From assembly GCF_009914755.1 (NCBI RefSeq), contig NC_060935.1: a DNA stretch of 64,000 nt; one strand, 5' to 3'. Shown here piece after piece: positions 53,409 through 64,000 of the stretch. The notes beneath the pieces are model-generated. The model was given only the letters and a program-made list of their open reading frames with translations. It ran no database searches and was not told the DNA's origin. The position numbers and the translations under genes are program-made. Each line of letters opens with the position of its first letter. The first letter of the stretch is position 1. Source of the DNA: the human T2T-CHM13v2.0 reference genome, Homo sapiens.

Positions 53409-54291
53409 CAATAGCATCTCTATACACCAATAACATTGAAGCTGAGAGCCAAATCAAGATATAATCTTATTTATAATAGCCACACAAAAAAATAAAATAC
53501 TCCGGAATACATCTGATAGGGAAATAAAAGATAACTATGAGGAGAACTACAAAACACTGCTGAAAGAAAACAAGAGGAAATTTCAAGCTATTCCATGCTC
53601 ATGGATTGAAAGAATCGATATCATTAAAATGGCCATACTGCCTAAAGGAAATCTACAGGGTTAATGCTATTCTTATCAAACGACCAACATGATTTTTCAC
53701 AGAATTAGAAAACAACTATTCTAAAATTCACATGGAACCAAAAAGAGCCTGTATAGACAAAGTAATTCTAAGCAAAAAAAGACAAAGCTGAAGGCATCAC
53801 ATTATCCAAAGTAAAACTATACTGTAAGACTATGGTAACCAAAAAGCATGGTACTGGTACAAAAACAAATACATAGACCAATGTAACAGAATAGTTAGAA
53901 CACAGAAATAAAGCCACACACCTACAGCCATCTGATATTCGACAGTGTGGACAAAACTAAATAATGGAGAAAAAACTCCCTACTCAACACATGGTGCTGG
54001 GAAAACTGGCTAGTTATATGTAGAAGAATAAAACTGAACCACTACATTTCACCATACACAAAAATTAACTCGAGATTGATTAGTGATTTGAATGTTAGAC
54101 CTCAAACTAGAAGAATGCTAAAAGAAAACCTAGGAAACACCATTCTGGATAATTGGCCTTGGGAATGAATTCATGGCCAAGTCCCCAAAAGCAATTCTGG
54201 CAAAAACAAAAACTGAAAAGTGAGGCCTAATTAAACTGATGAGCTTCTGCACAGAAAATAAACTATCAACAGAGTTAAGAGACAGCCTACT

Positions 54292-54654
<363 letters not shown>

Positions 54655-55416
54655 CTAATTTCTAGAGTCTATAAGAAACTTAAACAATGCAACATAAAAA
54701 AAGCAAATAACCCTATTACAAAGTGGGCAAAAGACATGAAGAGATACTTCTCAAAAGAAGATGTACAAACAAACAACCAACATATGAAAATATGCTCACT
54801 AATCATCAGAGAAATGCAAATCAAAACTACAGTGTAGTTTTCACATCAGTCAGAAAGCTATTATTAAGAAGTCAGAAAACTATAGATGCTAGCAAGGCTG
54901 TAGAGAAAAGGTAACGCTTATACACTGTTGTTTGAAAATTAGTTCAGCCATTGTGGAAAGCAGTTCGGATATTTCTCAAAGAACTGAAAACAGAAATACT
55001 ATTTGACCTAGAAATCCCATTACTGAGTATATACCCAAAATAAAATAAATTATTCTACCAAAAAGACACATAAATTCACATATTCATCACAGCATTATTC
55101 ACAATAGCAAAGACATGGAATCAATTTAGATTCACATCGACGGTAGCTTGGATAAAGAAAATGTACCCATGCATCATGGAATACTATAGAGCCATAAAAA
55201 GCAATAAAATTATGTCATTTCCAGCAACACTGATGTGACAAGAGGCCATTATCCTAAGCAAATTAATTCAGGAACAGAAAGGCAAATACTGCGTGTTCTC
55301 ATTTATAAGTGGGAGCTGAACATTGAGTACACATGGGCATAAATATTACAATAGATATTGGGGACTACTGGAGAGGCGAGGGAGGGAGTGAAGTAAGTGT
55401 TGAAAAACTATTGGGA

Positions 55417-55755
<339 letters not shown>

Positions 55756-58700
55756 CTACGCTCACGACCTGGTTGATAGGGTCATTTGTATCCCAAACCT
55801 CAGCATCATGCAGTATACCCATGTAACAAACCTGAACATCTGCCCCTTGAATCCAAAATAAAAGTCACAATTATTAAAAAAAAATACAATTGATGTTTTG
55901 AATGTTTAAGAAAAGAAATACTCCTTCAAAGATAAAATAGGCATTTCAGATGTAAGGTATTTTATATTAATTTTTGTATACAGTGATGTATTCTTCAGTG
56001 ATATCCATTTAACATGCACAGTATGCTTTATACTACTGGGACAGGGAATAATTAGCGAGGGTGTGAGAGGTACCGTTTGCATATATTGGAAGTCATACTG
56101 AGGTAAGCCTTTTGCAAAACCCCAGTATTATGTCTGTTTGAATTATTCAATGCTACTAATCACCACTCTAAATGGATAACAATAGAAACTTATCACTATT
56201 CAGGGGATACCTGGGAAAGTGATACAATGAAAATCAAAGGAGAATCTGAGGAACAAAAAGCCGGTCCTTATAAAGCTTAAAACGCTTGGCTGCTTTCATT
56301 TTGCCACACCTTCTCAGTTGCAACTACAGAAAAGATGCTTCAGATGATGTTGTATACTATAACTGACAACATCTGCTACCTACCGCAAACACAGCCATTT
56401 GTTTGGCTAAATACATGTGTGACCACAGGGAAATCACTCTGGTAGATTTACTGACATTGCCATGGTGTTTCAGTAATAAACTTGGGAATCAACTTATGAT
56501 ACAGATGGCTGCAGAAGGATTATGCCACAGTGGGCTCTTGGAAATGAATTATCCAACCAACTGGTTTGAATTCTAAAATGACACCGACTCATGATAATTG
56601 ACTACAACTTAATGAGAATATTATCCTGTTACACTTAGTATGGCAGAGCCTCTAAATATTTCCCAAGCAATTTAGGAGTCAGACTTAATTGCAGCCCTTG
56701 GATTTTTCTTAGGGGATTCTGCAAGACAACGGCTTCACTCTTTTGTGACATTTAAACTTGGTCAAACCTGTTCTTCTTGAACCTGGGTATAGCAATTTAT
56801 CTGCCTAGCCAAATTGCAGATATTTATTTTCTGGTGTTTAATTTTCTCTTTATTTATTTCATCAAAGGGACTTGGCATCACACAGTTTTTAAAATATTTA
56901 CAGTAGCTTCCTGGGTTCTCTGGAATAAATCTACATAAAATGAATATATTCAAGTGATACACAAATAAGCACAAATACTTTTTTCCAGTGGTTTAGAAAT
57001 GTGCTCCTAAATCTGTATTTTCATAACAAATACAAAACACATGAATGTGACAGTGAAAACTCTGGGATGTTAATACCTTATTGATATTTCTAATATACCT
57101 CAATGGTGAGATAATAACTATGTTTTGAAAAACAATTCTATTTCACTGTTTGTAAACATTCATCAGATAGATAGATGTAGATATAGACATAAAATAAGTA
57201 GGCATTACATATTCTGGGTGTGTGGCAGGGAAAGGAAAACTCTCCCTGCCCTCTTGAAGCCTATTTTTTGGAAACAATTTACGTTTGTCAGAATTCATTG
57301 ATCACAAGAACCATCCACATTCATTAACAAAGCATGCTTTCATATGCATCATTATATTATTTCATCTTAATAACAGAGAGAAATGCTGCGCTTGTTTTTG
57401 ATAAGAAGAAAAGTGGTTCATAAATAATTTCTGCTTAGAGAACACAAGAAGGGACACAGGTGTATTAAGAAGTGATACTGGGTTAAAACAAAGTTGTGTT
57501 CTTACTGCTAAGCATCATGGTCAGTCTATAACAGCATGATTGATCTCTATTAATACAAGATCAAGAAGGTAATTGTGGTATAGAAGTGTTTTAGAGATAC
57601 TTCTGGAGTAATGGTGAAAAAGGACACAAATACAGCAAACAGCCAGTAGAACATATAAGCCATTGCATAATTTGGAATAACCTAAGTATATAATCTAAGT
57701 AAACATAATATGTGTTAAATGCAGTGATTAGTTGATAGCTGACAGCACTTTCTGCTAGTTCTAGGAATAGAACCATCTAGTCAGATAATGCATTTTGCTA
57801 AATCATATATTTATTATTCATCTCTCTTACTATGAATTGAAGAAAAATCAGTGTAGACTATGAGCCAACATAAAAGATTAGGTTGTTAAATAAGAATCAT
57901 ACAAATCAGATATTTTACCCAGAACCAAGCTTTACCTATAGTTTCAAGGATATAAACAATCAAGCCACAGAGGCAAAACTGGAAGAGGTCTCAGACATTG
58001 CGGGCAGCTCCAAGACTATTCATTCTTCATTAACATCGGATATATGCCTCACACAGTGGGGTTTTTTAGCTTATTTATGTAAGCTGTATTGTATAGCTTA
58101 CATGACATTCTTCAGGGAGCCATGATTCATTGAAACATAGCTCCTAGATTTGTTTCTCATAAGCAATCGTAGATCTATGACACCCAGCTAACATTGTTCT
58201 ATAGAGAGGTATTTTGCTCCTATCAAATATCATTATTGTATTTACTAAGAGAACCAGTTATCATAACATTCACAAGGAGATTAGAAAATACTCTCTATCT
58301 TGTTTCTTTGCCCAGAGCGTTCCCAGTCATTGGGAGAGAAATTAATCAAAGACAGGCAGCTTTAACTTTTTCTTTCCCAACTTAATGTAGACTTTGAATC
58401 TTTTATCATGAAATTATGAGCATAGCTGATTAGTATGATCCTCTTTTTATGAGGAAATGTGGATGAATTTCATATTTATTTGTGATTTGGGGACTACTTA
58501 CATAATTCTATATATAAGCTCTGAGTCTTTCTAAAAATAGCTTAGTATCATACAAATGAATGTCATAGTCATAAGGAAATTCCTGGTTAATTTATTTAAA
58601 ATAAAAAATAATTTTTGCATACTTCGTGGGTTAAGGCAAGGTTATTTTTGGACATGTTGAATAATCAAATATACAGAGCTATATTGCCTAAATATTTACA

Positions 58701-58879
58701 CATAATTATGTGTATTAAATACACATAATTTTTAAGTCACAGGTGTGAAAGAAACTATGATTTCTGCATGCAGGCTGTAATGAATATATTTTTATAGTGA
58801 AATAATTTTAGTTTATTTTATATTTTATTTGTTTTAGTTATAGTTCAGTGTATGGTTATTTGATGTGTTTTAGAGAAAA

Positions 58880-59175
58880 AAGAAACTTCCATAAAGGACT
58901 ATGCAATCTGATTGATTTGTGTGACTATAGGAAACTTTTTCTCCTTTCTGAACAGCAATCCACCATCTGCAAAAATATACATAAACACGCATATTTATTC
59001 ATTTTTATGTAACAAATGTTTCTTGAGCATCTGCTTTGTGACAGAGACTGTTAGAAACTGGAGAAAATGCAGAGAATAAAACTGGAGAAAGCCTCCCACT
59101 TTCAAGTTTGTACTATGTTAAGTCATTGTGAGGATTAAACAATATAATGTGTATGCCTTCAATAAACATTAGCTT
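58880..59175. mobile_element. MIR fragment interrupted by an L2 3' fragment
   Basis: TGTGTGACTATAGGAAAC...CATCTGCAAAA; TAACAAATGTTTCTTGAGCATCTGCTTTGTG; TTGTGAGGATTAAAC. Confidence 0.5.
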
Positions 59176-59238
59176 CATTTTTTTCCTAAACACTATTTAC
59201 GTCTTTTCCATAACTTATTAAAGAGAAATGTATTCATT

Positions 59239-60124
59239 GTCATTTCAAGAAGTTTGAACGGCCTGAGTTTACCCTACTCACGAGCTAACAAGTGAGACTG
59301 TCATACGCTTAGAGTAACCAATAGAACTACTTGAGGCCAGGCCCTGTGGCTCATGCCTGTAATCCCAGCACTTTGTGAGGCTGAGGCAAGCGGATCACAT
59401 GAGGTCAGGATTTCAAGACCAGCCCGGCCAACATGGTGAAACCCTGTGTCTACTAAAAGTAAAAAAATTAGCTGGGCGTGGTGGCAGGTGCCTGTAATCC
59501 CAGCTACTCAGAAGGCTGAGGTTGCTGTGAACCGAGATCACACCACTGTACTCCAGCCTGGGGCACAAGAGAAGACTTTGTCTCAAAAAAAAAAAAAAAA
59601 AAAAAAAGAAAGAACTGCTTGAGTCCTCTGGGTCAGAAACAGAAGACAGTTTATTACTCACAGCACCAGCCCTAGCTATTATGTGACACATGTTCCTCAA
59701 GTTCCAAATTCCCAAAGGGCAATATCATGAAAACAACATGTTGCCAGCATAAGTAGTGGGGGTAATTTACAGAACTGGAGCCCTGACACTAGAAAGTGCC
59801 AGTTTTAAATAGGGGCTGCTGGCAAATCTGTCCAGAAAAAGATATTATCTTTATTATCTAGAATATTAGCAAGTCTGCTCTGGAGAGAAGAGGGAGATGT
59901 CTCTATTTTTACAATCTTAGAATTTCTCCAGAAGAAGGAGACATTTTTATCTTTACTAACCTGGAAATTAACTAAATCTGCTCCAGAGGGGATTACTGTC
60001 TTATTCTTACCAAAATCATTTACTCATACAATCATTTCTGAAAAGATAATCTGAAGCAAATTGACTGTTAATATCGAGATGTGTTGAAACAAGAGAGACT
60101 TTTGGAAAATTCTCTTTCAATACA
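59239..60124 (-). mobile_element. ERVL solo LTR (MER76-like) interrupted by Alu
   Basis: TTTACCCTACTCACGAGCTAACAAGT and CTGGGTCAGAAACAGAAGACAGTTTATTACTCACAGCA (minus-strand AATAAA); family from memory. Confidence 0.65.
59335..59610 (+). mobile_element. AluS with ~30-bp right-arm deletion
   Basis: GGCTGAG|GTTGC junction at GAGG microhomology; long A tail; TSD AGAACTACTTGA/AGAACTGCTTGA. Confidence 0.94.
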
Positions 60125-61071
60125 ATGTTTCCAAAATAATTGGTTACCTGATATTTATTGGCTAAAGATAAATGCATACTTTCCAGGTTTTAGGGCATAA
60201 AAGATGAGAGTTTCACCTTCTCATCACATGGGGGCAATGTCTGGGAAGAAAATTATGCCCTTCATTTCATATCCTTATTCTATGGAGAAGCAACCAATTT
60301 CATTTTGTGTGTGTGTGTTTGAATGATAAGTATGAGATCTTATTTTACTAGGCTGTAGAGTTATGGTTGTGTTAGAGCAAGAACTCAGCTTTTGTCTCTT
60401 TGATCTGTGCTCTGGTACAGCAGGAGCTCTGTTCTCCCCCTTTTGAATCCCTTTGAACTTCCTGTTTCTTTGTATTAATGAGATCAGAGAAGACTTTCCC
60501 ACAGAGGACAGAGGGAAACTTGTTATACTCTGGCTATCTACGGGCTCTTCTGCCTATAACTGAATGGGTAGGTCAGGACAGCCTTGAATTACAAGTGGTT
60601 TTCAATTCCAAAGTAAGGAAACAGGAGACTCCACTTGAACCTTCCCCCTAATCTGTGTCTTATAAATCAATTTTTACCAAAACATGCGTTTTAAACATAA
60701 TAGTTGCTGTGGTATTAATAAATGGTCTCCCAGTACTGTTTGTAGGTACTGTTTTTCTTGGGTTGGGGTGGGGGCGTAGATGTTTTATCAAGCAGAATCT
60801 GAAGGGAGAAAGAGGGTGAAGGGTAATTCTTATGCCTCAGAATGCCTACTTAACAAATTAATAACTCTAGGTGAGTTATTTCCAATATATCATAGCAAGA
60901 AATTTCTAGTGTTAAAGTGAAGCTAAGACTCACTCTGCAACCACGAAGGATTCTATAAAATAAAATAAAATAAAATGTGATAAAAAAATTAAACATATTG
61001 TTTTTTAAATTTGTTGATATAACAACCCTATTTCCATCATTGTGATGGCAGGTGATGATTTTTTTTTCTAA

Positions 61072-61243
61072 TTTGATAGGAAAAAAAATCCAGTTCCTCT
61101 AGTAATATAATGTTTCTTAGTGGTTAGGCTAGACTCAGGTGGACTGAAATATCAATGAGGATAGAATAATTCTTTGAAAGTTATAAGCAATCAAATATCC
61201 ATTTTCAGTAATATATACAGAAGTTCTAAATGAATATTTTTAT
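61072..61243 (+). repeat. 172-bp dispersed direct repeat, copy 1
   Basis: Gap-free alignment to 62996-63167, 27 mismatches by hand count (~84%). Confidence 0.92.
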
Positions 61244-61366
61244 CAAACGTATATATTCAATATATACAGTGTAAAAAGAAAGTATTTATTTTGAATCTGT
61301 ATATATATACAGCTATGTGTGTATATACATACATTCATATAAAAGTATTTATTTTGAAGCTATCTC

Positions 61367-61390
61367 TGTGTATGTGTGTGTGTGTATGTC

Positions 61391-61444
<54 letters not shown>
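61367..61444. repeat. (TG)n(TA)n compound microsatellite
   Basis: Directly visible. Confidence 0.95.
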
Positions 61445-61448
<4 letters not shown>

Positions 61449-62995
61449 TTTTGACACCAAGGTGGGGGAGGGCAGCTTTTATCATCTCTGAAGACACATA
61501 CTATCAAGAGAAAATGAGGAAAATCAACTGTAGTGATGCTGTTGTTATCCTAGATGATGACGCGAGACAAAGAACATAAATTCAGAGAAGAAAAAAGAGA
61601 GTTCACCAAAAAGACTCCCTGATTTCTGAATCCTCAAACACAGATGCTTGAGAAATGACATAGTCATCTTGGAAAATTATCAGACAACACAAACACCAAA
61701 TAACAATGACAAGAAATTCTTCTAAATACAAAGGGTTCAGAAAGCATCAAGAATACTTACGCAGCAGGAAAAATTATATTTATGCTATATACCTGAAAAC
61801 GTGTGATTTGCATATCATTTTTGTCTGACTTATTACTCTTAATGACTGCTTATTAAGCACTTAGTGATAAAAACATTATGTGAGATAATAATAGAGTACA
61901 AAGTATTATTATGCAAATGTGTTTGACAAGGTGTACAACTGCAAATTTAGTGTCATACTGAGTTTACTTCTGCAATATTCTCTTAAGTTTATTCTTTCTT
62001 TCCAGTTCCAACACTACAAACCATTAGTCTTTTGATCTTCATAATCAACTTATCTTTCAAAATACCCCAAAAGTAATTTTCTCAAGTTTAGGATGGCATT
62101 CAAGGCCATCCATTTTTCCACTCCAATCTACAGTTTTGGTATTATTTTTCAATACACATCCAATCTATCATACCTCAGCCACATCAAGGTTGTGCCTCTT
62201 CTCATTGTTGACTGTTGGAATCTTATTTTTCAAGGCTCAAAACATCTATCACCTTTCCCATGTATGTATATTTTTCTGGATATTTTTTCACTATTTTTTA
62301 TCTTCTTATTTTAGACTCTCAAAACTTTGTTTCTCTTTTGTATATTTACAATTTGTATAATTGTTGCCTACATGCAAATCTATTATTTGAGCTCTAGTTT
62401 AATAAATTCTGTCAAGTCAGGAAAATGCCATGTTTGTATCCCTTATAGAAACTAGGAAGAACAATTATGCACTAAAATATTTTGGTAAATTCTGTGTCAA
62501 CAATTTAATTATCTAGATTTTAAAGGTTTATTATTTAAAATAAATAAAGACATTCCTCAAGAATATTTCTAGCTGCTAACATGACATGGTACCAAATAGC
62601 ATGATGTGGTACCATTTAAGGAAGACCTGGAGGGAAAGGGTCATGGCTTCAATATTGATTAATAGCGTATTTTTAGTTTTCTGTTTCTACCTTTGGTATC
62701 CTTCCATGGCATAATCAGTTAATCCTGAATTGCCTATTGTAAGCATATCTTTAAAACGGTTCTCTGTGTTTATCCAAACATATAATCAGGAATTTCAGTT
62801 AATGCTAAAACAAAAATTATTTTACATGTGAATTACAACCTAATTAAGTGGGGGAATTTGCACAAATACATATGAAAATGTTGAGCATCATATAGTGTAT
62901 AAAAAGGCATCTGGTGTTCATGATGCTGAATGATATAGGGGTATCTGAAACAATTTTTCTGCATTGCCAGGTATTCCAGAAGCCAGCATTTATTC

Positions 62996-63167
62996 TTTGA
63001 TAGAAAAAAAAATACAGTCCCTCCGGCCAAATAATGTTTCTAAAAGGTTAAGCTAGATTCAGGTGGACTGAAATATCAATGAAAATAGAATAATACTTTG
63101 AAAGTTATAAGCAATGAAATATTCATTTCCAGTGATAGATTTAGAAGTTCTAGGTGATTATTTATAT
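62996..63167 (+). repeat. 172-bp dispersed direct repeat, copy 2
   Basis: Offset 1,924 bp from copy 1; shared core TCAGGTGGACTGAAATATCAATGA and CTTTGAAAGTTATAAGCAAT. Confidence 0.92.
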
Positions 63168-63204
63168 TCTATTTCTATCCTATTGTTTATATCTCACCAT
63201 AAAC

Positions 63205-63370
63205 TACCAAAATCTAAAAGGGACTCCGGAAATGATCTAGTTCAAGCCCATTGTTTTACAATTAAGAAAACTTGTGTTTCAATGAGATAAAGGGATTTTG
63301 CTCAAGGTTACACTGGCAATTAATATGAAATTTTAGTTCTCCTGAGTCTTAGATCAGGGTACATTTTATT
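63205..63370 (-). mobile_element. MIR (MIR3/MIRc-like) fragment
   Basis: ATGATCTAGTTCAAGCCCATTGTTTTACA...TTGCTCAAGGTTACAC...TCTCCTGA. Confidence 0.6.
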
Positions 63371-64000
63371 TTCCGCACATACTATATTATATTACATTTC
63401 CAACCACTACAGTACATACTAGGCACATAATATTTTTAAGCTAAGTTTGGTTTTATATTTTCTTGTGTTCATTTATTTTCCTCATCCAATTACTTTTTCA
63501 CTTAAAAATATTTTCTTTTGCTAATCAACTCTGTACTCCTACTATATGCAAATATGTAAGTCCATCAAACCCCATGTCTATCACTTTCTTGCCTTCACTG
63601 AATAAGACTGAGAAGTAAATATCCATTAAAAACATGTCAGTGAGAGACACCAGGAATGGAAAAGTAATAGGGCTGGTCATTGATAAACTAATTTACTGAG
63701 ATACAGATCAGAGAATTGTAGATGAAACTATGAGGTCAAGAGAAATTGAGTTTTGCTGTAATGGAAATAGATGGCTCCGGAATCTAAAAGATTGATAATC
63801 TGAAACACAAAGGAAAGAAAACAGAATAATGGACAGCTTTACAACTCATAACTGGGACACACAGTGTTGATCTAGATAATATGTCAATCTAATGACAGAC
63901 TGTGATATCCTTTAACATCACTAGGGTCTTAAAGTGAATTTTAGGGAGTTCTGAATCTTTTCCCACAGGAAAACCCAACTGTCTAAGTTCGTGATCATTT

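Noticed and set aside
55900-58400. Repeat-poor stretch that might hold a conserved element or exon (e.g. GAG|GTAAGC near 56102)
   Set aside because: No ORF, acceptor pairing or motif cluster strong enough to call without conservation data
61291-61579. ORFs with YIYIYI runs
   Set aside because: Translations of the (TG)n(TA)n microsatellite

Overview
Primate (most likely human) AT-rich, CpG-poor, repeat-dense non-coding DNA. I see no CpG island, no supportable host protein-coding exon, no RNA gene and no CRISPR array; essentially all supplied ORFs are repeat-derived or chance ORFs. The main structures are: (1) a 4,991-bp defective HERV-H provirus on the minus strand (25623-30613; LTR7-type LTRs, tRNA-His PBS, gag/pol/env remnants, perfect ACCAC TSD) inserted into an L1MA; (2) a MER11 solo LTR (34972-36111) with an internal ~50-bp repeat array; (3) a near full-length dead L1PA16-like element (~49270-55884) carrying nested L1PA8-like, AluY and AluS insertions; (4) twelve Alus, a THE1 LTR, MLT1 LTRs, and old L1M, L2 and MIR fragments. 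Features that the repeat annotation does not explain: a complementary pattern of promoter vs polyA motif loss between the two HERV-H LTRs, a duplicated polypurine-tract segment inside env, two palindromic minisatellites (36-bp unit; AT-rich 27-36-bp unit), four local fold-back/template-switch inversions, and a gap-free 172-bp dispersed duplication. I find no convincing evidence for a new biological system. Repeat subfamily names come from recalled consensus sequences and need RepeatMasker/Dfam confirmation; boundaries of old repeats are approximate.
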